Notes: generated from the letters alone by a model not told the origin. Counted from the stretch's first letter, positions 28,630 to 41,646 are shown. The stretch: DNA of 64,000 bases from Octopus sinensis (GCF_006345805.1 NC_043005.1:107198001-107262000), one strand, 5' to 3'. Made by a program: numbers and translations.

Positions 28630-28890
28630 TTGTTCTTATTTTCCTTCTCAAAGCTCTCGGTCTTAATTTCTCTGGTTGATTCTGTGAGTGCGGATAGCAA
28701 CCTGTTGTTAGAGGTCCACAGGATTCCTGTCCGCAAATCATTAGACTTGAAATTTGGATATTAAGTGTCGTGAAAGATATTCAACACACAAGCACGAATC
28801 CAAAAATCCTAGCTCTGCCCAGTAGAGCAGATTTTTGGGCCTGCTCTGCCTCATGTGAATTCCGATTTCTCCGACATATTTCTCAAATTT
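28630..28890 (-). mobile_element. 3' end fragment of an R4/Dong-like family
   Basis: Minus strand AEQAQKSALLGRARIFGFVLVC* (cf. Dong C-terminus QK.aLLGTArILr.vL), then a 3' UTR ending in AATAATAAT. Confidence 0.6.
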
Positions 28891-28928
28891 GTTATTATTA
28901 CTCCGAGATTATTATTATTATTATTATT

Positions 28929-29325
28929 CAGTATTATTTTTATAGCGTGCTTTCACTTCACTACCGAGCGCAGCTCTGTGTGCCTTGGGTATGTGCTGTT
29001 ATTTGTTGTGATGCTCTGATGGTTACTGTATTGAAAGTGTTCTGCGAAGAATATGTGCAGTGCCTAGTAGTGCAATTTTCTGTATGTTATATGTGTTTGT
29101 AAGTCCTGGTGTTTTTGTTATGTATTTGTCTGAATATTTTTTTATCATGCCTAATGCACCTACTATGATATGAATTGTTTATGTTTTTAGATTCCACATT
29201 CTGGTTACCTCTATTTCCAGGTCTTTGTATTTTGAGAGTTTCTCCATTTCTTTTAGAGACACGTTGTCATCTATCGGTATTGATACATCAATTAGAAAGC
29301 ATTTTTTTTCTTTGTGATCTCTATA
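28929..29325 (-). mobile_element. 5'-truncated R4/Dong 3' fragment (RLE C-terminus + 3' UTR)
   Basis: ORF 29179..29415 contains RDHKEKKCFLIDVSIPIDDNVSLKEMEKLSKYKDLEIEV; bounded by (TTA)n on both sides. Confidence 0.85.
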
Positions 29326-29346
29326 ATTATTATTATTATTATTATT

Positions 29347-29379
<33 letters not shown>

Positions 29380-29393
29380 ATCATAGTTATTAT

Positions 29394-31615
29394 TCAGTAG
29401 TCTCACTTTCATCACGCCTTTTCACCGCACTACTGAGCTCAGCTCTGTGTGCTTTGGGTATGTGTTGTGGTTTGATGTGATGCTCTTATTTTCATTGTAT
29501 TGGCAGTGTTTTTACATAGGATGTGTGCGGTACCTAGTAGTGCAATTTTCTGTATGTTATATATGCTTCTAAGTCCTAGTGTCTTTGTTATGTATTTATC
29601 TGAAATTTTTTATCATACATAATACCATGATAGGAATGGTTTCTGATTTTAGGCTCCACATTCGAGTAACCTCTATTTCCATTTCTTTATATTTTGAAAG
29701 TTTCTCCGTTCCTTTTAGAGAAACATTGTCATCTCTTGATACTGATGCATCGAGCAGAAAGCATCTTTTTCTTGGTGATCTCTGACAACTATATCCGGCC
29801 TATTAACCTTGATTTCTCTAACTGTGTGCATTGGCATATCCTAGATTATGCTTGTTTTCTCATTTTCTGTGACCTCTTCTAGCATGTGCCTATACCATCT
29901 TTTTCTGCTCTCATTCCATAGTGTCGGCATAGCTTCCAGTGTATATAGATCTTAACCTCGTGGTGTCTGTGAATATATTCCTTCTTAGCCAGGACTGGGC
30001 AGCCAGAGACAATATTATTTATTGTTTCTTACTTCATCACCACATATTCAGTAGTTAATTGTATTTGTTTTCATTACATGTTTTTGGTGATTTATAGTGG
30101 GAAGCCTTTGATCTTGTGCAGCAATTAAAACTGCTTCTGTCTCTGCTTTGAGTACTGAGCTTCTCAGCCATTGTTGGGATTTTGATTTGTCTATTTCTTT
30201 TCTGTTTAGTTTCACCCACGAAGGGGTCTTTCTTGTCATCGCTTTATCATGATCCGTTGCTGTTCCAGTTTCAGTTGGGATTTCAGTTGTTTACAGCTTT
30301 TGTAGTTTCTTCTTTTTCTTCATAGTTCTTACGTACGATGACTTCATATTTGTGTTTGTCAGCTTCCTTAAAGACAGAAGATATTTTTTTTGTTCGTGTT
30401 TTGTGACTATTTGCATAAGTTTTCCCTGCTTCAGGAATAGTTTTTTTTTAAATCTTATAGTCGTTATTTTGTAGCAGTTTTCTAGCTGTATAAGGCCTCT
30501 ACCACCTTCGATACGGTGTATATATATAACCTTTTTATGTCAGATTTTGGGTGATGCACTCTAAATCCTGTTGTTATTTTTCTTGTTTTCCTGTCTATTT
30601 TGATTAATTCATTTAGAGTCCAGTTAAGAATAGTGTAGCTGAAGTTTATAAATGGGACGCCTTAGAGTGTTCATACCTATCATCTTGTTTTTGGCATTGT
30701 GCTCTCTTTTCAGTATTAATCTAACTCGTCTATAGTACAGTTCTATATTTAAGAGATGAGGAATTATGTACATTATTTACGTTTGACGGACATATGTCCT
30801 CATCTTGTTAACACAACGTTTCGGCTGATATACCCTCTAGCCTTCGTCAGGTTTTTTGGGGAAATTTGAAACCCAGGTTCGAAATTTCCCCCAAAACACC
30901 TGATGAAGGCTGGAGGCTATATCAGCTGAAACATTGTGTTAACAAATATGATGAGGACAAATTTCCGTCAAATGTAAATAATGTAAATAATGTCATTTAT
31001 AGTATTTCTTTTTTATCTTCTCTTCCATTTGTTTGAGTTGTATCTTGTCTTGTTGCCTGATTCCTAAGTATTTGTATGTCTGGCTTTGGTCTGATTCTAT
31101 TAATTCATTTGCTTTATCTAGTGTGATGTTGATACTCTTAACTAGTTTTCTTGGTTTCAAGGTGCTTAGGCACATTTTTCTAAGCCAAATTTCATATTTA
31201 TTTCTTTGGTAAATCCATGTCCTGTCTGTCGTAATGTTTCCAGCTATTTATCATTAGTAGCACACAGTTTTAGATGATCTATATATATAAGAGATGGTTT
31301 ATTGTCTTGCAGTAATAGTTGTATCCGCATCCAGTTCTCTTTAGTATGTCAGATAATGGTGTTAGTGCCAAGCAGAAAAGGAGTGGAGAGAGTTCGTCTC
31401 CCTTGAATATTCCTTTTCTAATGGGGATGGCTTTGGCTTTTATGAGTCCTTATTTTGTTTGGAACTATAGCACTCTCTGCCACTTATTCATGGGATGTGT
31501 TATATGTTTTATGATCATTGGTGCTACCTTGTTCATGGCTAGTGTTTCCAGGATCCATGTGTGGGGCACACTACCAAAAGCCTTTCGATAATCGATCCAT
31601 GCCATACTTAAACCC
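29394..31615 (-). mobile_element. Decayed 5'-truncated R4/Dong-like retrotransposon, interrupted at 30738-30997
   Basis: Minus-strand motifs GIFKGDELSPLLFCLALTPLS, YKYLGI, EGGRGL, WLRSSVLKAETEAVLIAAQDQRLPT and RLE/C-terminus; 3' UTR related to 28929 and 35820; (TTA)n at both ends. Confidence 0.85.
30738..30997. mobile_element. Palindromic (head-to-head) copy of the hammerhead-bearing SINE 3' half
   Basis: ~105-bp inverted arms centred near 30875; hammerhead motifs at 30810-30855 (-; CTGACGA..CAGCCGAAACGTTGTGTT) and 30895-30940 (+; CTGATGA..CAGCTGAAACATTGTGTT); TSD TATAGTA (30731-37, 30998-31004) inside the host Dong frame IKKKYY|RRVR. Confidence 0.85.
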
Positions 31616-31632
31616 TTTTTCTTTCTGCGGCT

Positions 31633-31633
<1 letters not shown>

Positions 31634-31729
<96 letters not shown>

Positions 31730-31769
31730 CATTATTAGTAATGGTGGTGGTAGTAGTAGTAGCAGCAGC

Positions 31770-31827
<58 letters not shown>

Positions 31828-31828
31828 T
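31634..31828. repeat. (TTA)n + (GTA)n microsatellite
   Basis: Visible trinucleotide runs. Confidence 0.95.
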
Positions 31829-31840
31829 CCTCATTATTAT

Positions 31841-32423
31841 CGCGTGAGAGAGAAGTGCATGTCATCAAAGTGATACTGCTGTAAAATGTACGAAGCCCAA
31901 TGTACGCCTCATGAAGACCCGTCTGATAAGGGTAGTCATGATGTGTACCACTGCATGGTACCTGGGCGATATAAGTAGACCAGGCACATGCATCACAACC
32001 ATATATTGACGACATAGTGATCTCATATCAAGATCAACAGTGCATGACAGTGCATGTGGGCCCAGTTAGAATTTCTTTCTGGTTGAGTAGCGCACCCCAC
32101 TCAAAATTTCTCTGAATAAGAAATGTTTAAGGATGTTAAATGAATCACCCATGTTTCCAGAGGTGAATTATTCAAACGCCAACGAATTCCTCTCGACATA
32201 TGGCTATGATGTTCCTCCACTATATCTGCACCTGATGAGAGATGCACTTATCGTCAGCGACCAAGTGACATGCTCAACTGGTTAAAGTTGAAACAACTGA
32301 CAAGCAAACCTGTGGTTTTGAGCAGAATACTTGCTGCAGCCCATCTTTTATACCAAGAAAAATCATCTACGTAACACTTCCACTCAGTTAAGATCAGAAG
32401 CCACGAGAGCCACTGCCTGGTAC
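31841..32423. mobile_element. ~560-bp non-coding interspersed repeat, copy 1
   Basis: Colinear with 36363-36872, 40958-41506 and 61154-61710 (GAGAG..GTGCATG.CATCAAAGTGA ... GTTAAGATCAGAAGCCA.GAGAGCCACTGCCTGGTAC). Confidence 0.85.
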
Positions 32424-33013
32424 CGGGGCGATATACTGAATGGCATAAGTACAATATTTTATTGAATTAAAATTTGCAGAGAGCATACAGTAACCTAGTG
32501 GAAAGCGTGACTCTAAGAAATGAGAGTATATTTTTGAAAAAGTGTATTATCGGATCCAATTTTCATATTCATACTAAAATGAAAAGAAAAAAAAACTTTG
32601 GGAGAACGCAGATGACAGCCGACCGGTCGAGACAAGCATCCATGTATTGAGAGATAATTTGTTCACGTACAAAATTTACGAATTAGTTTGGCTTTTGTTA
32701 TGTCAAGAATTAAAAATGTTAACCTAGAGAGAAAACTAAAGTGGACAGATGTCATGAATGTAGATATTAGGAGCAATACATTGAAAAAATTGTGCGGCGT
32801 ATGGTAGGTCTATTTGAACTCATTTAAAATCTTTATTTGCATTTCAACTGTACAAACATGAATGGTTGTTAATTTAGATTAGCAACTCTATTTGGTTGAA
32901 TTTCATTACGTGTTTTATAAACTATGCTAAGGTTCATTTACAACCCATCTATCAATAATATTTTTCAAGAAACATTATTTAATCTAATTTTGAGTGAAAA
33001 GTCTACAATCACC

Positions 33014-33245
33014 TGTTTCTTTACTATCCACAAGGGGCTAAACACAGAGGGGACAAACAACGACAGACAAACGGATTAAGTCGATTAAATCGACCCCAGT
33101 GTGCAACTGGTACTTATTTAATCGACCCCGAAAGGATGAAAGGTAAAGTAGACATCGGCGGAATTTGAACACAGAACGCAACGGCAGACGAAATACCGCT
33201 AAGCATTTCGCCCGGCGTGCTAACGTTTCTGCCAGTTTGCCACCT
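33014..33245 (-). mobile_element. Full-length Nin-domain tRNA-derived SINE
   Basis: Minus strand head (TGGCAGAAACGTTAGCACGCCGGG..GTGTTCAAATTCC), core CCTTTCATCCTTTCGGGGTCGAT, tail ..CCCCTTGTGG..AAAGAAA; 19-bp TSD TGAAAAGTCTACA(A/G)TCACC at 32995-33013 and 33246-33264. Confidence 0.9.
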
Positions 33246-33736
33246 TGAAAAGTCTACAGTCACCATATTAGTTTCGCTCAAAATGTCAGTTTCATCATTA
33301 GCTTCATTTCATATGTAATGCAGCGTCCAAGATGTAAAAAATATAAGCTTGTCTCGTATTTTTACAGAATTGAACAGCTTTATTCACCTCTTTCCAGGCT
33401 TTTCGGTACAATGTCCATGTGAAACATTTCAAATGAAATACGTCCTTTTTGTTTTTTAATAATTTACATTCAGGTAGAACGAATTAGATTAATATTTTGA
33501 CAAATATAGTTCAATAGCGAATACTAACAGTAGTAGCGTTATTACTACTAAAAAGAAAGAACGACAACGAATTTGATTTGAACAATAAGACAACTAACTA
33601 TGTTTCAAAGAAAGCATAATGAATATCAATGAATTTCATTGACAGACCGATCACATAGAAGGCCGATTTTATTTTAGGGAAAAAAATCTAATACATGAAA
33701 TAATAATGTTCACTCACAAAGAATGAAAGGGATGAC

Positions 33737-34167
33737 GGATTTTTCGGTTTGAACGGCAGTTTTTTACATAATTTCTAGGTAACTAAAAAATTTTTAACTT
33801 CGTGTACTGGTAGAATGTGTTTAAAAAACATCTTTTTCTCTTGGCTTTATTGAGAAAATTCTATAGTTTGTAAGATATTTGTTGTTTTTTATTCTTCAAT
33901 TTCTGCAATTTCAACCAATCAATGACATCTATTGAAGTAAAAACATTCTGTGCCGTATGAATATGTCCCTCGTTTAAGAAACAGATTGGGTTTATTTACA
34001 TTTGTGAAGAAAAAAAGATACCCTTCCCCCACCCCTAACCCTAACCCTAACTAACTCTAACCCTAAAACAGATTGAAATGCAATAGATCGATACTAGGGT
34101 CATAATTATGGGTGACAATTTCATATGACACTGCTAGAAAAAACTGCCGTTCAAACCGAAAAGTTCC
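33737..34167. mobile_element. Merlin-like non-autonomous DNA transposon (MITE) with internal (CCCTAA)n
   Basis: TIR GGATTTTTCGGTTTGAACGGCAGTTTTTT / AAAAAACTGCCGTTCAAACCGAAAAGTTCC; exact 8-bp TSD GGGATGAC (33729-36, 34168-75); GG..CC termini; CCCTAA repeats at ~34032-34065. Superfamily inferred from TSD length and termini only. Confidence 0.8.
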
Positions 34168-34896
34168 GGGATGACTATTTCGGAGATTATCCAATTGTAA
34201 TATAGACTGCAACAAAGATCTAAAATTACTTTGTTAATCTTAAATTAGATTTCAGAATTTAACAGAAACTTTATGTCTATTTTAGCGCTTCGCACTAAAA
34301 CAATCGTACTCTAATATTGAAAGAATCTTCAGAATTCTATTCTCTTTATACAGGAGAAGAGTGACATGAAGAGAAGGAATACGAAGAATAACAAAAGAAA
34401 ATGTTATAAATATTTCGCCAAATATCCAAGTAATCAAAAGAAGAATAGACAATATAATAAATGAATAAAGTTAGCAGAAAATTGTAAGAAATTATAGGAA
34501 TTGGTGAAAAAGCAAGAAAACTGACAGCTTGGTTACGGAGAAAGCATTTGTAAAAGATTTGCACACTAAGTTGATTAAATGCTAAAAGAAGTGACGAGTT
34601 AAGCAAAGATGGAATTTTTTCGTTAATTCACTTCATAAGAGTGGATTTGTTATATTAACATTGGTAAAAAGACTACGATGGGTGGGGATCGATAATTTTT
34701 CTTTGATTTATATTTATGCAATTTTTTTTGTGATATTCTGAAGTCAGAGAGTAACAAATGAACTTGATAATGTTTACTTATTTATTTCAATATATTTGTA
34801 TTAGTGTTTGAGACACGCCAGATATATGGGATTCTTAATGAATATGTATCCACACACACATACATAAATTACACACACACACACACACACACACAC

Positions 34897-34940
<44 letters not shown>

Positions 34941-35712
34941 CGGATATACACTTATAATCACATATATATGTATAAAAGATGCTTGTATATATGTATAGAG
35001 CACATCTTTTAACAATGGAGTGATTTTTTTCTGGTTCAGAATGATGCAGGTGGGACAAATCATTAATTTTCGAGAAATGCAAACAATTTATTAACATGTA
35101 AAAGAAATAACGAATAAGAAATTAAGAAGAAAAAATATGGCAAAACAAAGACGTAATCAAAAGATAATTATAAAAACAAAATAAATCGGTGAACATCTGC
35201 ATTTTGCACATTATATTTTTGAGTGGGTAAAAGGTTGTAAAAACCTTTTTATAATCATTACATTACGAATCATTAAGTAAATGAAAATTTGTCAAAGTTG
35301 TGCTTAACAAGCGATGAAATAAAACCTTGTCAGATTTCAGCTTCTCCATGACAGAATACCGCCTCCAGAAGCCAAGAGAATGTATAAAAATGAAGGGAGA
35401 TAATTACTTTGTAAAAAAAAATAAAGAAACGAATAACTGAATTTACGTGATTGTAAGACAGAAACGTGAAAGGTAATTTCAATAAACATGTTTAAGCACG
35501 TGTGCAAGCAGTTGAATACGAGGTAGAAAACCAAGTCTTACCAATACACAGATTCACTCACATGTATATCCCTATATGTTATATATACGTACATATACAT
35601 GAATTATTTGTCAATAATTAATTACGCTTGTATCGAGATAGCCATTACATACTCGCACATACATTTCAACTTGAATGCATCAATGTATGTATGTGTATAT
35701 ATGTGTGTGTTT

Positions 35713-35809
<97 letters not shown>

Positions 35810-35819
35810 CATCATTATT

Positions 35820-35981
35820 CAGTAGTTTTATTTTTATAGTGTGCTTTCACTTCACTACCGAGCGCAGCTCTGTGTGCCTTAGGTATGTGCTGTGATTCGT
35901 TGTGATGCTCTGATGGTTATTGTATGAAAAGTGTTCTGCGTAGGATGTGTGCAGTGCCTAGTAGTGCAATTTTCTGTATGT
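35820..35981 (-). mobile_element. Very short R4/Dong 3' fragment in (TTA)n
   Basis: Near-identical to 28929-29090 (IQKIALLGTAHILRRTL + 3' UTR); long (TTA)n on both sides. Confidence 0.85.
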
Positions 35982-36004
35982 CATTATTATTATTATTATT
36001 GCTG

Positions 36005-36086
<82 letters not shown>

Positions 36087-36090
36087 CATT

Positions 36091-36301
36091 GAGTGAGAGC
36101 AGTGCATGCCATCAAAGTGACACTGGGTTACAAATAAAGGAAGCCCAATACAACCATCATGACTACCCATCCAATAAGGGTACACCAATAAGGGTATCAC
36201 ATCCACCAATAAGGGTATCACATCCATGAATATTTTTTTATCATGCCTAATGCACCTTATTATTATCATTATTATTATTATTATTGCTGTTGTTATCATT
36301 A

Positions 36302-36358
<57 letters not shown>

Positions 36359-36872
36359 CATTGAGTGAGAGCAGTGCATGCCATCAAAGTGACACTGGGT
36401 TACAAATAAAGGAAGCCCAATACAACCATCATGACTACCCATCCAATAAGGGTACACCAATAAGGGTATCACATCCACGTTTGCGCAGATAGTGATCTTA
36501 CATCAATATAAACAGTGCATGACATTGCAAGTAGGGCCCAGTTATAAATTTCTTGAAGTTGCTTAGCCGATACCTATGGAAAGGTTTGTTTTACACGATG
36601 ATGAAGAAACACCCATGCTTCCAGACGTGAATAATCCAACGAATCCCTCTTAACATATGGCTAGGAATCTCCACCACTACTTCTGCACGTGATCAGAAAT
36701 GCACATAAGGAATATGCTCAAATGGTTAACGTCAAGCAACTGACGATTAAATCTGTAGTATTGGACAGAATATTTGCTGTAGCTCATCTCATATACCAAG
36801 ACAAAGATAACACTTCCAATCAGTTAAGAGGAAAAGCCATGAGAGTCAGTGCCTGGTACTGCATCAGGGAAT
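36091..36872. mobile_element. ~560-bp non-coding repeat, copy 2 (36363-36872), preceded by a duplicate of its left end (36091-36226)
   Basis: Colinear with the other copies; the two left ends look identical. Confidence 0.85.
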
Positions 36873-37448
36873 TTCTTATCATTATTATTATTTTGCTAAA
36901 GTTGTCCAACTTACCTTGTGCATTTTAACCCTTCAGCCAAACGACCTAGAAACTGCGGGACGATATTGAATGCAAGTTACTGACCTTCTATATATTGTCA
37001 CAGGTCACTGCTTTTCAGCTTCTTACTTTTGACTTTCGAACGTGTTGTTACGCCGCCATTTCTTTTCAGCTCATCGCCAAAATCTCACAGCAACTCAGCA
37101 CTTTTCGGCCTTAATTATTCATTTACTTTTAGAAAGGCACGCGCACACTAACGCAGATATTCATGTATGTATATGCAAGTGTATATACATACATACATGC
37201 ATACATACATACACACATAATTGCATACATATTAGATAGCTTCGCGCATTGCACTTATCAAACGCCTATCATAAAGCCATGAACTAAAAAGTATTGACTG
37301 TTCAATAACTCTTCTAACTTTCTTCCGATTGAATGTAATTCCCATATTTAGAGTTCTATGTCACGTGTTATGTCTGCATATGCATATGTATGTGTATGTG
37401 CATATTCATTTGCTCTCTCCCTCTCACACACACATTCACATGCTCACG

Positions 37449-37493
<45 letters not shown>

Positions 37494-38424
37494 GAAGATA
37501 ATGATCCAGCGATGGGCCGCTCCGGAGACGTGTCCGATATTATATAAATTTCATATTTTAATGAGACACTCCCCTCATCAGGATGCTTCACAATAGGACA
37601 CAATGATATACATTGTATATAAATATGTATGTATATATATATGTATGTATCTATGTATGTATGTATGCGTATACATACATACATCTGTATGTGTACGTAT
37701 TCTCAAAGATGGAGACGCACTAGTTTGTACAGACTTTTATATGAGAAAAAAAAAATATTATACAGATATTTGTAACTGAAATGATAACGTTGAAGCTCCA
37801 AAAGATGTGATGACAGAATGACGACGAACATAAGCATGTAGTTAAATACGAAAATGATTGAAATGGAACTCTCAACATAATAAAAAATAGCAGAGCGAAT
37901 GGATATAGTGCCTAAGTGCTTAAGCTGAAAATAGATAAAATGGAAAGAATGACCGTTAATGCTGAAAATAAAATGTGGACCGACAAAGACATTTATAAGT
38001 GAAAATTAAACACAACATTCAGATTATTAAATAGATTAAATATAATAACGAGATGTTGATAGATAACAAGTGGTATGCTGCGTTTTTAAAATTTTTATTT
38101 ATCTATTTTTACTTTTACTTAAAACTAGCTCAGACTTGGTCGAAGAAAACTGATGATAGATATCCGAAATTTCGTTATCAATTGGTTAGTGTGTATCTAG
38201 GTGGCACTACCATGATTAGAAAATTTCTAATGATATCAATGACGAAAATATACATCTGGATATACATGAGTATGTCTCTATATAAGCCATTACTTAAATG
38301 AATAACAATCCCTAAATATATTCATTAGGTTTTAAACACAAATTCTTTACTTTTCACATACAAACACATCAACACAAGCATATGTGCTAATACATTAGTT
38401 AGAAATATACTTGCCTGTACGCAT

Positions 38425-38612
38425 ATACATACATACATACATACATACATACATACATACATACATACACACATACATACATACATACATACTTATATAC
38501 ATACATACATAAATACATACATACTTATAATCATACATACATACATAAATACATAATACATAAATACATACATACATACATACATACATACATACATACA
38601 TACATACATACA

Positions 38613-38642
<30 letters not shown>
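38425..38642. repeat. (CATA)n microsatellite
   Basis: Visible tetranucleotide run. Confidence 0.95.
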
Positions 38643-38644
<2 letters not shown>

Positions 38645-40501
38645 GGTGGTTGCTTAGTTTGAGGAAAGAGACAATACTTTCATTATATAAAATTTTTATT
38701 GTGGGCACATAATCTTATACGCACATAATGATTTTAGGTTGAGATATTCTCTGTATTAATATGGATATTAAATATGAAATATGGAAGAAAATGGATCCGA
38801 TCAGCATCTAAATCCTAGCTGAGAACTCGGATCATTTGACAGAATATTCCGTACATACCAAAGTTCAACGTTGAACAGGATGTTAAGTCTATAATGTTAT
38901 CTTAAATTATTACATAGAAACAACACCATAATTCTGTAGAAGATGGAATACTTATTGATACAGACCTAGGTATCTTAATGGCACGTATTTCAGGAAACTT
39001 GGAAGTATGAAAACAATTCACATCTTCCTGGAATTCGAACGCAGAATGGAAAGAGAAATATTAGGTAACGTATTTGGAGATTAACTATGTAAGTATACAA
39101 GGAGTGATCAAAGTTTGAATGCTTTGATCATATGCATACACGATTAAGACTGACCTAGTGCTAAATAAAAACAACTGTAAAAAAGGATCTATAAGAAAAA
39201 CATCCAGTTAAATGAAACAAAAAAAGAAAATAATAACTAAAAAACATTTCACACAAACATGTTTTGAAAACATCAAAACATTTAGTGCAGAGGTTCACTT
39301 CACAAATATAACATGGTGCGCCGGTATAATATTTTCTTTTTCTTTTCCTTTTTTCCTATTTCTTGATGATAAAAGGATTCTATAAGAAATATTAGGGATA
39401 GAGAGGGCAAGGGACAGATGAAACAAAACACATTTTTTAGAATGCTTCGTGAATAACAGTACATGAAACACACACGCGTACACACACGAGCATACACATA
39501 TGTATATACTTACATATATGGTGTGTTAATGCGTATGTTAGTATATGCGCATAGGGTACAGTTGGAGAACATGTCCGTGGAAAAAAAGTGAAAAAAAATG
39601 ATTATGCTCAATGAAGATAGAGCGAACCATTAAATGGATACATAAATATAGTACACAATGATACAGAAGCGATGAGATAAAATGAATTAAAGTGAAATAT
39701 ATTAGGGGAATCTACAAAATATAACAATGAATATTGTGAAAAATAGTATAGAAATAACTAAATTATGGTGGGACAAAAAGAGAACAGAAAAATATATGTC
39801 TTAAAAATAACATGAAATTAATACAAAGTATGAAGTAAGAAAAAATGTTTTATTATGGAAAAAAATGTTTTTTATGGAAAAAAAAGTGTTTTATACAAAG
39901 TCCTAAATACTGAAATAAAAACTGAAAAACACAACAACATTACCGTGAGTAACGCTATTGAAAATATAAATAAGTCTGACATGTATGGTAATAATGATGT
40001 TTCATTATGGTTACAATTATAATAATATTAATTTATTTCATTCACTTGGTAGGATACCATTGAGTATGGCACTAATGAAAATAGTTAATAACTTAAGTCT
40101 AATTTAGGATCTAGGCTAGCAATATTGACATGGAGTGGTTAGCGAATTAAATAGACCTAACACCAGAGAAAAAAAAATGTCAAAGCTGACTTCAGTGAAT
40201 TTGAACCCAGAAGCTAATGATTCCAAAAAGTAGCACCCGAGTATTTTCCCAACACTCTAAAGCAGAGGTTCTCAGCCAATATTTCTCTATGACAAGACAA
40301 GAAAGTTTGAAGTGAACTGCGGGACATCCAGGCATTTAGTAGTTTATATGTAGAATGTATCATGGTCTCCGAAATGAGGGATGGAAAATTTGAACTCACA
40401 ATGCCAAGAGCCGTAGGAAAATACCGGAGGGTTCTAACGATTCTTCCATACCAAGACAGTCAGTAGCAACACCAGTACTAGTTGTATCAAAATTATTTGT
40501 A

Positions 40502-40938
40502 AGGCAGCGACCTAACAAAATCATTTGCGCGCCGAAGAAATTAAAACACTTCACGGAATTTCGCCGTTCTTTATGTTCTGAGTTAAAACTCTTCGAAGTT
40601 CGACTTTGTCTTTCATCCTCTCGGGGTAGGTAAAATAATGGTTTTACAAATACTGGAGTCCATGAAAGGGAGTAGACATCCCCTTAAATTTCAGTCCTTG
40701 TGCCTATAGTAGGAAGTATTCTTATTATCAATAATTAGGCGACGAGCTGGCAGAATGGTTAGGAAGCCGGGAAAATTGCTTAGCTGCATTTTGTTCATCT
40801 TACGTAATGAGTTCAAATTCCACCGATGTGGACTTTGCCATTCATCATTTTGGGATCGATGAAATAATACCACTGGGATCGATAGAATCGACTTACCCCT
40901 CATCCCGAAGTTGCTGGCCTTGCTCCAAAATTTGAAAC
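40502..40938 (+). mobile_element. Two decayed Nin-domain SINE copies (40502-40722, 40737-40938)
   Basis: GGCGACGAGCTGGCAGAA head, GAGTTCAAATTCC B box, GACTTTGCCATTCATCATTTTGGGATCGAT core, GCTGGCCTTG..CCAAAATTTGAAAC tail. Confidence 0.75.
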
Positions 40939-40957
40939 TATTATTATTATTATTATT

Positions 40958-41506
40958 GAGCGAGAGAGCAGTGCATGCCATCAAAGTGACACTGGGGTAA
41001 AATATACGAAGCCCAGTTTACATATCATGACTACTCGTCTGAAAAGGGTACACCAGGCACATGCATCACAACCATATGTGCGCGACATGGTGAACTCTTA
41101 TCAAGATTTACAGCTTATGACCTTGCAGGTGGGGCCTAGTTAGAATTTTCTGTTGGTTAGGTAGCCCATCCCGCTCAAAAGGTCCCTGAATAAGGGTTGT
41201 TTATGTATATTGAACGAAACACCAATGTTTCCAAAGGTGAAATATCCAAATCCCAAAGAATTCTTCTCAGCACATGGCTATGATGCTCCCCTACTATTTC
41301 TGCATGTGATCAGAGATGTACGTGTCGTCAGCCACTAGTAGACATGCTCAATTGGCTAAGATCAAACAACTGACAAGCAAATCTGTGGTATTGAGCAGAA
41401 TATTTGCTGTAACCCATCTTATATACCAAGATAAATTAATGTAGACGATGACAATAACAACCAGTTAAGATCAGAAGCCATGAGAGCCACTGTCTGGTAC
41501 TGCATC
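40958..41506. mobile_element. ~560-bp non-coding repeat, copy 3
   Basis: Colinear with the other copies; between (TTA)n and (CAT)n(TTA)n. Confidence 0.9.
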
Positions 41507-41507
41507 T

Positions 41508-41540
<33 letters not shown>

Positions 41541-41541
41541 T

Positions 41542-41592
<51 letters not shown>

Positions 41593-41646
41593 TATTATTA
41601 TTATTATATTATTATTATTATTATTATTATTATATTATTATTATTA

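Noticed and set aside
34030-34066. True telomere or chromosome-fusion relic
   Set aside because: Only about five units, enclosed within a TIR element that has a TSD.
38140-38180. CTGATGA..GAAA hammerhead candidate (also 13895-13920 on the minus strand)
   Set aside because: Stems II/III and a matching stem I cannot be formed convincingly.
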